63,015 nt of DNA, filler included, from Octopus bimaculoides (GCF_001194135.2; 8 parts of 7 records of this genome joined end to end with filler, not necessarily neighbours in it); one strand, 5' to 3'; shown: positions 37,504-50,234, counted from the whole stretch's first letter. The notes: generated from the sequence alone by a model not told the origin. Program-made: numbers and translations.

Positions 37504-39748
37504 CATGTATATGTGTGCATGTGTGTGTATACATATCTGTATTCATTCTATATATTTTGCATATCTATATCCTTCTTATTCTCAATGTGTAATTTTGTGA
37601 AGTGCATGCATATGTGTTTGCACACACATGTATGTGTATGTGTGTGTTCATATGTTTATGTATGTATGTGGGTGTGTAAGTATTTGCTGAACCAAAAGCC
37701 TACTCATTAATGTAATGACATGTTTGTGTGTTTATGTATTCCTTCAATATGTTTTCCTTTTATTTCATACATATTTTCTGTATTTATATATTCAGGCAGT
37801 GTTCTTTATGTGAGTCAGTTCAGACTGCTTACAACTCCAGCTTGCAATATATATTCTTTATAATCTGGTATTAAAAAAATATATATATATAAATAAATAA
37901 AACACCTCCACCAAATACAAACAAAAGAAAAAATCCCAAAACAACTCTCTTTACTCACAATGTCTAACTACTGTTAAAGAGAAGCTTGGAGAAGAATAAA
38001 CAGCTGTTATTGCCAAAAATGAAGCACTAGTGAATCCAAAAGCACAGCTTTCAGTGATACAATAATCACTGTTTGTTAGTGTGTGTATAATTAAGCTAAT
38101 TATATCAGCATTTTGAGGGGAAAGGAAATAGTTGATTCCATTACCCTACTTCAGTAAATTACTGGTACTTGGTACTTTATTTTATTGAGCATGGAGGGAG
38201 GAAAGACAAAGGAAAAACCTATGCTGAATTTGAATTAGGAATGTAAAGAACCAGAATGAATACTAAACAATGATTTTTCTAGCTCTTTAACAATTCCGCC
38301 ATCCTGTCGGTTTCAGTATCACAGTGAGCCTAGAGAGGGTCTGCATAGTGGAAGTGGTTTGTTTATCACTTTTAGTGTAGATGGAAAATTGCTCTGACAA
38401 TTTATCTATCCCTGGTAGGCTTCACATAGTGTGATCACACTTCTTTGTATATCTGCATATTTTATTTTCCTTTACTTAGTTTAGCTCATTTATTAAAGGT
38501 TTCCTTTCTATATGAAGCACTGTAAATATAGCTGTTTCTTTAAGCAGCTTCATGCGCATTCTAGACAGCCCACTGTCAGTTTGTTTTTTTCTTCTTTTGT
38601 TTGTGGGTTTATTTTTTTTCTTACAATACTCTTTCCAACAGTTTGCTCTTTTTTGTTCTTTTTTCCATTTCATTCTACTCATCACAAAATAGTGGGATGG
38701 TACCATTTGGAAAGTGACATTCTGTCTTTTGTTCTTCTGCCTCCTGTTCATTGGTTTCTTGAAATGAAGATTACATATATCAGACATCCTTGTGGCTGCA
38801 AGAAGGTGTGTGACTTGCAGTACTGATGCATACTCTACAACCTCTACAAGTGGTTGTTGTCTGCCAGTTCCTCTTGTTCATTTTGTATGGTTTGAGCTCC
38901 TCAAGAAAGAGAGACCTCTAGTATATTTTGCTGCTACAAATGTGACTAGACTTTTTCCCGTTTACCATTAAACTTATTACTTTTGATTCAATATCTGCGA
39001 TATAACACCGCTCTGGAATACTCTATGATTTTGATGGATCAGAAATGGCTTTAGATTCATAAGTTCATTCTACTTTTTTCAGACACTTATTAGCCCTCTC
39101 AGTACTACTGTGCTAACCACTTGCTCATGCTGTGATGGCGAAATGTTAAGGGATGAGTAGATCTCAGGTGTCCTGCTTGTAAGACAGTAGATTCTGTTGA
39201 AATACCCATGTGCCTGGTGATGGTAGTGTCAAACTGGGAAATAGATTAATTCTGTAAGGGTGCATAGACAAGTGGTTAGGTGGCTGCACTCACAATTGTC
39301 AGGTGGTGCATTATGTTTTTGAGCCAAAACACTTAATTTCATGTTGCTCTGCGATCACTTCAACACCTGACATGTGATATATTGTGCAGCTGTTCAGGCA
39401 GCATCGATTTGATGGAGAGAGTGAGCTAATATACAGAATAGACATTTGATCATTATAAACTAATCTTCTGTGCTGACTGATTGGCAAGAAATTGCAGAAT
39501 AATCTTTCTTGGACTACAAGAGACTACTATTAAATTAATTCTGCTACATAAGAAAAAAGAATGGTTCTTTCAACAGGCTCGTACATAATTTATGTCTGTG
39601 AAGTTTTCTTCTCAAAACTCTTGATTTTTAGATTCAGTCCTACAGGGTTGCATCTGGAGCCAGAGCATTCTACTGTAGCCTTGAACTGACCAATGACTTA
39701 CAAATGAGTCTGGCAAACAGAAGCTGTATGAAATTGTCACATATGTGT

Positions 39749-39788
<40 letters not shown>

Positions 39789-40139
39789 ATGAAAATATTT
39801 ATCTCTATAAATGCTAATATCCTATGTGCATTGCATGAAAAGTTATTGATATTCTTGTCATTTCATTGTGTTCAAACTGGCCACTGGTTGTTTGCTTTTG
39901 AAGTTGTGTAGAATAAAAAAAACTCTTACTTGAAAAACAGGTACAGGTTAGTGATGGGAAGTGCTCATGACTCAAAAGCAATATCATGATAATACTAGCT
40001 TGAGGAAAAAGTTTGTGTGTCATGTTAAAATAATGATTCTTTTTATGCAAGAATTTATTCAAAAGCAACAACAATTATTCTTCAAAATAAAAACCATCAT
40101 TTTCTATGACTTTCTGCCAACGGTCTACAAGTTTTCGAA

Positions 40140-40520
40140 TTTGGTCAAAATACCAGTCCTGTGGCCTTGAATCGAAAAATTCTTGGCAAGCTTCTTCAAC
40201 TTCATTGAATGATTCAAATTGCGACCTTTCATAAAGTGCTGCATTGATCAGAAGAGACCATAGTCAGATGGTGCAACGTCTGGACTATAGGCTGGATGCA
40301 GCAGAACTTCCACAATGTCCAATTCTTCAATCTTGTTGCTGGTCTTTCTGGTAGATGTGTCTTTGCACTGTCTTGTTGAAACAAAGAGCTTTTTCGATGA
40401 ACAAGTCTTGGGTACTTTTCAACCAGTGCATCGTAGATTCGATCAAGTTGCTCGCAGTAAAGTTCAGCGCTGATGGCGTGATCATTTAGCACAAGTTCGG
40501 CACATGAACTTTTTCCTCAA
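40140..40520 (-). mobile_element. Mariner (DD34D-like) transposase fragment
   Basis: ISAELYCEQLDRIYDALVEKYPRLVHRKSSLFQQDSAKTH and, in a shifted frame, HPAYSPDVAPSDYGLFRSMQHF. Confidence 0.85.
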
Positions 40521-41319
40521 CATAATATATATTTGCCAAACTCATATTAGCCTGGAAAAACAACTGAGGTAAAAATGAATGACTGAACATTTGCAGATCT
40601 GTGGCCAAACAAAGGATACACAAGAAAATTCAGTATTATGTAGTTGCACAGCTATCTTCCCTTAACCATTCAGCAATGTCTGAAGAAATTTCCCAACCAT
40701 GACAATAACATAAAGCGGGTGCAATGAACTGGATTCATAAAATGTAACTATAAGATATATATGTAACCCCAAGAAAATTAAAGCAAGAGCAAATTGGAAT
40801 TGAAATCAGGTCATAGAATCCCAAAATCAGTTTTCTGAGTGCTTTAGTGCTTTCTGATTAAATGTGCAACATTTTCCCATTAAACACTGACAAAAACGAC
40901 AAAACAAATCAATATATATATGTGTGTGTGTGTGTGTGTGCATGTGAGAGATTGTGTGTGAATATGTGATGTATGTGAGTGAGTATTTATAAATATATAT
41001 GTATGTATATGTGTATATATACATGTATATATATTATACATACACACACACATGCCTATATATATGCACGTGTATATTTATATTCATATATACGTATATA
41101 TATNNNNNNNNNNNNNNNNNNNNNNNNNNNNNNNNNNNNNNNNNNNNNNNNNNNNNNNNNNNNNNNNNNNNNNNNNNNNNNNNNNNNNNNNNNNNNNNNN
41201 NNNNNNNNNNNNNNNNNNNNNNNNNNNNNNNNNNNNNNNNNNNNNNNNNNNNNNNNNNNNNNNNNNNNNNNNNNNNNNNNNNNNNNNNNNNNNNNNNNNN
41301 NNNNNNNNNNNNNNNNNNN

Positions 41320-41350
<31 letters not shown>

Positions 41351-41955
41351 CACATATATACATACACATACATGCACACACACATGTGTATGAGTATGTG
41401 GGTGTCAGTGCACATATTTGGCTGATCTTGCTTGACCCCGAATGCATACCAGGTTGAATTGTGTTAAAACGATACGAGGCATTATAAAAGGATATATTTA
41501 ACATAGCCTGTCTTTTGTGGCTAAAATATAGTTTATTGAAAATAAATAAAAGCACACATAAATACATTAATTAATCAATCAATATTGAAGCAAAATATAT
41601 ATACATATATATGAAAAAAAATTACCAAACTGAAACCCCCCAAAATATGAGAAAATTAAATCAAATAACGTTGGCATCATAATAAATATTGTTGCTAAGT
41701 AATTCTTCCAATAATTTAATATCCATGTTGGTTGGAAACTAAACCAAAAAATTTCAAAAGAATTAAGTCTAAATTTGGCAGCACATAGTAAAAAAAAAAT
41801 TATATCATTTGGAAATTAGCCAGTGCGTTTTGGTTGATATGTGTGGGTGCATATGTGTGTGTGTATATGCATGAATAAATATGTATATATATTCATGTGT
41901 GTATGCTTACATATATATATATATAGATATATACACACACACATATATATATATA

Positions 41956-42003
<48 letters not shown>

Positions 42004-42311
42004 GCATATTATAGACATACATATATGCATACATATATGCACATATACTCATATATACATATATATAAACACACACAAATATATACATCTATGAATATAT
42101 GTTTGTTTTTATATATGCATATATATGTATATATGTATGTATGTGGCTCGTTGTGTGCTTTGTCTATATGTGTATCATCAATCTCTTTTTCAGACATTAA
42201 ACAGCTTTCATATCTTGTAGGTGTGTGGGTGCAGGTGTACGTTAATATATATGTTATTGTGTGAGTTTTGAATGTGTATGTGTCCATGTAGGCATATAAA
42301 TATATGTGTTA

Positions 42312-42354
<43 letters not shown>

Positions 42355-42454
42355 NNNNNNNNNNNNNNNNNNNNNNNNNNNNNNNNNNNNNNNNNNNNTT
42401 AATTAATTAANNNNNNNNNNNNNNNNNNNNNNNNNNNNNNNNNNNNNNNNNNNN
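42355..42454. other. Artificial assembly spacer
   Basis: N44-TTAATTAATTAA-N44, core at 42399-42410. Confidence 0.95.
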
Positions 42455-43164
42455 TGATCTCTGCTTGTTCTACTCTGCCTCATATCCCACTTTGTATGTT
42501 TCTCTAAGGAAAGGCCTTCCTCTCTCAGGTCTTGTTGGTTTGGACTTGGCATTGATGCTTCTATAACTTTATGGTTTTATAGTTAGGGTTGTTGGCCCTA
42601 CACAAAGCCACTTCTCTTGGATCAGGTGGCCCATATTAGTCTGGTCCTTATCCTTTCATCTATCCAACATAGGAAACCACAACGAACACATTGCTGTCAT
42701 AGCTCCCAGGGTCATTGTGTCACACAAATCACCACATAACCACACAACCACACCTGTTCCTCATATCTTTTATCTTTTACTTGTTTCAGTCATTAGACTG
42801 TAGCCATGCTGGGGCACTGCCTTGAAGAATTTTTAGTCATAGGAATCAGCCCTAGTACATAACTGTTTTTTTAAAACGTGGCACTTAATCAATTGGTTTC
42901 ATTTACCAAAGTTAAGTTATGGGGACATAAAAACACGTGGATCATCATCATCGATTAACGTCTGTTTTCCATGCTGGCATGGGTTGGACGGTTTGACTGA
43001 GGCTCCAATCTCGTCTGGCAGAGTTTCTACAGCTGAATGCCCTTCCTAACGGAGTGGTTGGCATTAGGAAGGGCATCCAGCTGTAGAAACTCTGCCAGAC
43101 CAAATTGAAGCCTGGTGCAGCCGCTGGCTCTCCAGACCTCAGTCAAACCATCCACATGATGTGC

Positions 43165-43322
43165 TTCTTTCAGTTTCCATCTACTAAATCCACTACTATA
43201 GCCTTAGGCTGAGCAAAAGCCCAAGACTATAGTAGAAGACACTTACCCAAGGTGCGATCCACTGAACCCAGAACCATGTGGTTGGTAAGCAAGCTACTTA
43301 CCACACAGCCACTCCTGTGCCT
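43165..43322 (-). mobile_element. SINE family B upstream of the first ELP1 exon
   Basis: Reverse complement of the family B head and body. Confidence 0.8.
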
Positions 43323-43376
43323 AATGTATAAATTTTTTTCTCAAATATGTTTCCGTATGTTTTTCTCATGTTCTAG

Positions 43377-43578
43377 TTGATAGCAAGTAGTTATGGTGAT
43401 GAGCTGCTGTTACAGAAGCACCATGAAGAAGCAGGAGTGATGTATATAAAAGCTAACAAATGGGAAAATGCTCTTCAGTGCTTCCAGAAAACTTTGAATA
43501 TTCAACAGGCCATGTGTATGGCACACCAACTGAACTATTCCAAGAATCAGATCATTGAACTTTGCAACACAATGGCAG
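43377..43578 (+). CDS. ELP1: ELP1 (Elongator complex protein 1, IKBKAP) internal exon, TPR region, 202 bp
   Basis: Acceptor ttctAG at 43375-76 and donor GTaatg at 43579. Translates LIASSYGDELLLQKHHEEAGVMYIKANKWENALQCFQKTLNIQQAMCMAHQLNYSKNQIIELCNTMA+g, which I recognise as homologous to human ELP1 '[35 protein letters not shown]...QALCVAAQLNFTKDQL' (from memory). Confidence 0.9.
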
Positions 43579-43644
43579 GTAATGTATGCTTCAACATTCA
43601 TACACAGAAACTGATTTATGTATATACACACACAAAATGTTCCC

Positions 43645-43684
<40 letters not shown>

Positions 43685-44293
43685 TATTATTCATATCATC
43701 ATCATCGTCATTAATTTAATGTTTGTTTTTCCATGCTTCCATGGGTCAGATGGAATTCATTCAGGCAGATTGTTTTTCAACCAGGAGCCCTCCCTGTCCC
43801 CAGCTCTCACTTGTTTCTAAGCAAAGTAATATTTCCCCTTGGCCGGACATGTTTTCATGGAAGATTGAACAAGGATACCACATGTATAATGGTGACACTT
43901 GCTTACAACTGTTATGTGATTCCAGGACAAGGAAACAATAACACATCCACACACATACAATGGGCATCTTTCAGAGTCCATCTCCCAAATTCATTTGTAA
44001 GGCTTTGGTCAACAATGTGTTATAGTAGAAAATTCTTGCCCAAAGTGCTATGCGGTGGGACCGAACTCAGAACCATGTAGTTGACACAGCTGCACCTGCA
44101 CCAATGCCATGCCTGCATCTATCATCATCATCATCATCATCATCATCGTTTAACGTCTGCTTTCCATGCTAGTATGGGTTGGACAATTTGACTGAGGACT
44201 GGTGAAACCGGATGGCAACACCAGGCTCCAATCTAAATTTGGCAGAGTTTCTACAGCTGGATGCCCTTATCATTATATATATATTTATATACA

Positions 44294-44670
44294 CAGTGAT
44301 ACCTCGCAGTATGAGTTTAATTTGTTCCATGACCGAGCTCGTCTTACAATTTACTTGTTTTGCAAATCAATTTTTCCCATTGAAATTAACTAAAATATAA
44401 TTAATCCATTCCAGCCCTGAAAGAACCACTCAAAAATGATTTTTTATGGGATTTAAAACAGAAAAGGTGTAGCTGCAAGTAAAATGACAATTATAAAAAA
44501 GAGAATGCAAAATAAATATGTAAACTGGTTTTATTAACTGAATTACCTTAAAGATGGAACAATTTGTGTGCTCGTAGTGCGGGTTTCCACTCGTACTTCA
44601 ATACAAAAATTTGCATGAGTCTAGACTCATGCAGCAAATTACTTATACAATGGGGCACTCGTACTGTGAA
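44294..44670. mobile_element. Tigger/pogo-like non-autonomous DNA element
   Basis: Begins CAGTGATACCTCG (Tigger-type end); degenerate right end near ctcgtactgtg. Confidence 0.45.
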
Positions 44671-45057
44671 TGGGTTGGACGGTTTGACAGGTGCTGGCCA
44701 GGTAGAAGACTGCATCAGACTTCTGTGTCTGTTTTGGCATGTTTTTTTTACAGCTGGATGCCCTTCCAAATGCCAACCACTTCACAGTGTGGACTGGATG
44801 CTTTTTATGTGGCACCAGCACTGGCAGAGTCACCAAGTAACTTGCAAGATTAGGAATTTGAAGAGGAGGTGATCTTATGTCAGAGGCGGAAACATTAGAG
44901 TGTGACAGAGGGGCAGAAACAGGTATCTTGCTGTAGAGGAGACACATGGTTACCTGGCCAAGAGAGAGGGAGAGAGTGGTAACAAGAAAGAGGACAGAAA
45001 CAAGTGTGCTGCTGTGTATCGTTTTCTTCATTGACATTTAACTTCTTTATTTTCCAG

Positions 45058-45119
45058 TTTCCCTGAAATCTATGAACAGACATCAAGATGCTGCGGTCCT
45101 GTATGAACAATATGTGGAG
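45058..45119 (+). CDS. ELP1: ELP1 internal exon, 62 bp
   Basis: Pyrimidine tract and ttccAG (45056-57), donor GTatga at 45120. Phase 1 start fits the previous exon. Reads (V)SLKSMNRHQDAAVLYEQYVE, like ELP1 '[20 protein letters not shown]'. Confidence 0.9.
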
Positions 45120-45320
45120 GTATGAGCCTTGTGTTTCGATTGTACACTACTAAGCAAGGATCAAATCATCATTTAACATCCGTTTTCCAATCTGGCATGG
45201 GATGGACACTTGGACAGGAGCTGGCCAGGCAGGAGCCTGCACCATGCTTCTGTGTCCATTTTGACATGGTTTTTATGGCTGGATGCCCTTCCTTACACCA
45301 ACCATCCTGCAAAGTGCCTT

Positions 45321-45455
45321 TTACATTATTTACATTCAACGAATATTTGTCCTCATCTTGTTTGTTAACACAACGTTTCGGCTGATATACCCTCCAGCCT
45401 TCTTCAGGTGTCTTGGGGAAATTTCGGACCTAGGTTCTCATTCCTAAAGTAGGCA
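45321..45455 (-). mobile_element. Hammerhead-bearing short repeat (copy 2), antisense in an ELP1 intron
   Basis: Same body as 15265-15405. Confidence 0.8.
45367..45412 (-). ncRNA. Minimal type I hammerhead ribozyme, best-preserved copy
   Basis: GACAC-CUGAAGA-A-GGCUG-GAGGGUAUAU-CAGCC-GAAAC-GUU-GUGUU: intact core, perfect 5-bp stem II and 5-bp stem I. Confidence 0.8.
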
Positions 45456-45458
45456 TTA

Positions 45459-45745
45459 TCATCATCATCATCATCATTTAACGTCTGTTGTACATGTTGG
45501 CACGGGTTGGACAGTTTGACTGGGCTCGCACGCTGGAAAGCTGCACCAGACTCCAGTCTGATTTGGCATGGTTCTCTACGGCTGGATGCCCTTCCTAACA
45601 CCAACCACTTCAAGGATGTAATAGGTTCTTTTACGTGACATCAGTATCTGCTACAATTATGATTTCATTTGGCTTGATGGGTCTTCTCAAGCACAGCATA
45701 TTATCAAAGGTCTCAATCATTTGTCATTGCCTCCATGAGGCAATG
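45459..45745 (-). mobile_element. Family C repeat, minus copy
   Basis: catcatcat-ttaacgtc...ctggatgcccttcctaacaccaaccac...gggtcttctcaagcacagc. Confidence 0.8.
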
Positions 45746-46035
45746 ACAAATATATATATATATATNNNNNNNNNNNNNNNNNNNNNNNNNNNNNNNNNNN
45801 NNNNNNNNNNNNNNNNNNNNNNNNNNNNNNNNNNNNNNNNNNNNNNNNNNNNNNNNNNNNNNNNNNNNNNNNNNNNNNNNNNNNNNNNNNNNNNNNNNNN
45901 NNNNNNNNNNNNNNNNNNNNNNNNNNNNNNNNNNNNNNNNNNNNNNNNNNNNNNNNNNNNNNNNNNNNNNNNNNNNNNNNNNNNNNNNNNNNNNNNNNNN
46001 NNNNNNNNNNNNNNNNNNNNNNNNNNNNNNNNNNN

Positions 46036-46077
<42 letters not shown>

Positions 46078-46079
46078 CA

Positions 46080-46412
46080 ATGACCAAGACCTTTGGCGTT
46101 ATGTCATGCTTGAGAAGAAGACCCATCAAACCGAGCAAAATTGCAGTCATGGCAGATACCGGTGTCATGCAAATTGGCAAATTAGCACCAGTAGCAGGTA
46201 AAACCACCCATTACACTCTCGGAGTGGTTGGCATTAGGAAGCGCATCCAGCCATAGAAAACCATGCCAAATCAAACTGGGGTCTGGTGCAGCCTTCCAGC
46301 TTCCCAGCCCAGTCAAACTATCCAATCCATGTCAGCATGGACAAGAGACATTAAATAATGATGATCATCATCATCATCGTTTAACGTCCGCTTTCCATGC
46401 TAGCATGGGTTG
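46080..46412 (+). mobile_element. Family C repeat, plus copy (inverted partner of 45459-45745)
   Basis: caagacctttggcg...gcttgagaagaagaccc...gagtggttggcattaggaag...atgatgat. Confidence 0.8.
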
Positions 46413-46770
46413 ATATATGTAATATATTTCTGTTCAACCCTTGATGTATATATATATATATTCATTTACGCACAAGACAGGCTACTTTCAGTTTCTGTCT
46501 ACCTAATCCACTCACCGGCGATTGGTCAGCCTGGGTTATAATAGAAGACACTTGCCCAAGGTCCCATGCAGTGGAACTGAACCTGAAATCATATGATTAG
46601 CATACAAACTTCTCCACCTGACAACCAGACCTTCACTGTGAACCTTATTTTGGTTTTGTTTCAGCTGTTCCTTCCTTTTTTTAAATATCTGGAAAATGCA
46701 TTTCTTTTTATGAAACAACCATGTCTTGTTGCAAACATATCATTATATGGATTATTTTCTATTTTCTTAG

Positions 46771-46833
46771 GATGTAGAAGAAGCAATTGTAACTTTGATA
46801 GAGGGCTCTTTGTGGACAGAATCCCTTCGATTG
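46771..46833 (+). CDS. ELP1: ELP1 internal exon, 63 bp
   Basis: Acceptor ttcttAG (46769-70), donor GTgaga at 46834, phase 0-0. Reads DVEEAIVTLIEGSLWTESLRL, like ELP1 '[21 protein letters not shown]'. Confidence 0.92.
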
Positions 46834-48463
46834 GTGAGAGACAACTATTTTTAATATTTTATAAGTAGCATACCAGTATCATCAAAGATGCAGACAGTTT
46901 TATTAATTACAGAAAATAGCACGTCAAAACAGTGATAATATTGATAAATATTAGCAAATGAGTAAACGTGTGCACATATACAGAACTGAAGCATGTGAAC
47001 ACATACAGTTGTAACATCTCCGAAAGGGGTCTCAGGGAGTAGCATTCTGCCCTCCCAGGCTAGTTTTCCACTACATTTCTTAAAAATCGTGAGAGACCTT
47101 GGTCTCAAGACCACTCATGTCTAGAAACTGAGGTTGGGGGTAAGCAAGGGCATGCATGCTCTCCGTAGAAAATCCAGCTCCAAAAAAAGCCTCATGATAG
47201 CAAAGGAGAATGGGCACCAGCCAACCCAAAGGTTGGGGTGAGCTGCATCTGCCTACCCCAGTTGCTATGGCATTGAGGTAGATCTGGCCACCCCTGTTAA
47301 CAGGGACAAAACCCGGATTTAAAACACTGGATGATGATGATATATACATATGAAGCATCCATTTTCCCATACTTGCATGAAGCAGACAAATTTTGTTTGG
47401 TTGGATGTTCTTCCTGTTGCTAACCCTCACCTGTTTCCAAGTAAGGTAATTATAATTTCCCACGCCCAGACATGTTTCCACAGAGGATTGGAAACAAAAG
47501 ACACTGCTTGCCTGACAGTGATACTCTTTTACAGCTATCACAAGATGTCACACAAGGAAAATGTAAAACAAATACACAGACATCATCATCGTTTAACATC
47601 CACTTTCCATGCTAGCATGGGTTGGATGATTTGACTGAGGACTGGCGACTGGATGGCTGCACCAAGCTCCAATCTGATCTGGCAGAGTTTCTACAGCTGG
47701 ATCCCCTTCCTAACGCCAACCACTCCAAGCGTGTAGTGGGTGCTTTTACGTGCCATCGGCACAAGGGCCAGTCTGGTGCTCAAATGGTGTTTTTTACAAG
47801 CCACCTGCACAGGAGTCAGTCCAGCAGCACTGGCAATGACCTCGCTCAAATGTTTTGTTCACGTGCCACCGGCACANNNNNNNNNNGTACCAGTAAGGCG
47901 ACGCTGGTAACGATCACATTCTAATGGTGCTTTTTACGTGCCACCAGCACGGATGCCAGACAGCTGCTCTGGCAGTGATCCCGCTGTTAGAGCTCATGGT
48001 GCTGTTAGAGCTCCACTGGCATGGGTGCCAGTCATCATACATATATACTCTCACTCACACACGTGGATATGTACATTATCCTTACTGAAAGACTTTGTTG
48101 AAACCAAGAAATTTTTAATAGTTTTCTGTCTTTGTCTTGCAAGTTTCTTGGTGACCCTGTTAGTGCTGGTGCCATATGAATAGCATCCAGTGCATTCTGT
48201 AAAGTGAGTGATTGGTATTAGGAATGACATCCAGCTATAGAAACCAGACAGCAGAGCCCAGTTCAGTTCTCTGGCTTGCCAACTCCTGTCGAACCATCCA
48301 ACCCATGTTAACATGGAAAACAGACATTAGATGATGATGACATTATCGTTGCCTGCTTCTTCTAAAAGCTTTCTTGCTAAATAAGCAAAAATGTACTGCA
48401 ATTCATCCCAGTTTTTAGTGTTAAGTACCTTGGAGACCTCTTTCTTTGTGCCAGAAGTGAAGC

Positions 48464-48736
48464 CTGTTGCATGCTGGGTAGACTGAATGTGAATTCTTAA
48501 TGTACCAATCTGTTGCATGCTGGGTGGACTGAATGTGAATTCTTAATGTACTAATATGTTGCATGCTGGGTGGACTGAATGTGAATTCTTAATGTACCAA
48601 TATGTTGCATGCTGGGTGGACTGAATGTGAATTCTTAATGTACCAATCTGTTGCATTCTGGATAGACTGAATGTGAATTCTTAATTTACCAATATGTTGC
48701 ATTCTGGATAGACTGAATGTGAATTCTTAATGTACC
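48464..48736. repeat. 46-bp minisatellite, about 6 copies, truncated by the spacer
   Basis: Unit ctgttgcatgctgggtagactgaatgtgaattcttaatgtaccaat starts at 48464, 48510, 48556, 48602, 48648 and 48694. Confidence 0.95.
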
Positions 48737-48836
48737 NNNNNNNNNNNNNNNNNNNNNNNNNNNNNNNNNNNNNNNNNNNNTTAATTAATTAANNNNNNNN
48801 NNNNNNNNNNNNNNNNNNNNNNNNNNNNNNNNNNNN
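48737..48836. other. Artificial assembly spacer
   Basis: N44-TTAATTAATTAA-N44, core at 48781-48792. Confidence 0.95.
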
Positions 48837-49035
48837 AAGAGTTAGAGTCTCCAAGATGTATTTCAAAACATGTGTAGAAGAGTCAACTTACGTATTGAAA
48901 ATGAAAGACTACACTTTCAACACCTCTTATAACGTTTTCTAAAGTCTAATATATTCTTTTGTAGTCTGATACCATCTTATAAATATTTATTTTGCAATAA
49001 AATACTTACTGTGGAGAGACTTTTTGAACACCCTG
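48837..49035 (+). mobile_element. Tc1/mariner 3' end with TIR
   Basis: NMCRRVNLRIENERLHFQHLL* followed by tttttgaacaccctg-TA. Confidence 0.75.
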
Positions 49036-49047
49036 TATAAGTGCATG

Positions 49048-49079
<32 letters not shown>

Positions 49080-49182
49080 ATATGTGAGCCCCTATATGTG
49101 TATGCATGCCCATTAATACACACACACACACACATATAATTCTCTCATATCTTCCCTTTCTTCATGGATAGGAACACAGACA

Positions 49183-49230
<48 letters not shown>

Positions 49231-49599
49231 TAAAATAACCAGAACTATATTAATATAATTTTACATGTTTTGTCTCTTTTTATGTGATATTGTAGCGATT
49301 TATTTTTCATTAGTTTCGATCAAACTTGAAATTCTCTTTAACAAGAAATTAAAATATTTTCGCATAGTTCTGATAATTTATCGACAACTTCTAAAATTCT
49401 GTATGAGACTGCCAAGATATTACCAAACTCTCATATATTTGAAACTCATTTTCTTCCCTACTTCCATCCCAACATGTCCCTTCGTATTTTTGTAACTTTC
49501 TCCTATTATCTTCCCCAATTCGTTCTATCAATTTATTTATTCCAACCAATCTTCTTTATTCACTCCAGTTTTTCCTCCGCACTCTCATTTGTACACTAT

Positions 49600-49729
<130 letters not shown>

Positions 49730-49869
49730 CATGTTTTCATGCATTTCTTTCTATAACTTGTCAGTCTATCTCTCTATTTCTCCCTCTCAGTATTGTTCTC
49801 TCTCTCTTTCCCTTTCTCTCTCTCTCTCTCTCTGAATTTCTCAAATTGCTCCGCAACCTTATATATGGT

Positions 49870-50101
49870 CATGAAGGCGCACGTCCAAGTGGTTAGGATG
49901 TTGCACTCAGTATCGCAAGATCGTACTTTCGATTCCTGAACCAAGTAGTGTGTCCTGTCCTTGAGCAAAACACTTCGTTTCGCGTTGCTCCAGTCCATTC
50001 CACAGGAAACAAAAAGACAATGCAATGGATTGGTTCCCCTTTCAAGGCTAATGTCAAGATCTTGGTCACTTATACGCCAAAGAAACCATGTATCCGGCTC
50101 C
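49870..50101 (+). mobile_element. tRNA-derived SINE family D (Meta/V-domain-like core)
   Basis: Head aagtggttagg...ttcgattcc; core gtccttgagcaaaacactt...gttgctccagtcca. Confidence 0.6.
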
Positions 50102-50234
50102 ACGAGCCATAGAACTCTAGACGAGCCATAGAACTCTAGACGAGCCATAGGACTCTAGACGAGCCATAGAACTCTAGACGAGTCATAGAACTCTAGACGA
50201 GCCATAGAACTCTAGACAAGCCATAGAACTCTAG
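50102..50234 (+). repeat. 19-bp tandem repeat x7 at the SINE 3' end
   Basis: Unit acgagccatagaactctag at 50102, 50121, 50140, 50159, 50178, 50197 and 50216; three single-base variants. Confidence 0.95.

Noticed and set aside
50102-50234. 19-bp array as a CRISPR array
   Set aside because: The units are contiguous with no spacers, there are no cas genes, and the context is eukaryotic.
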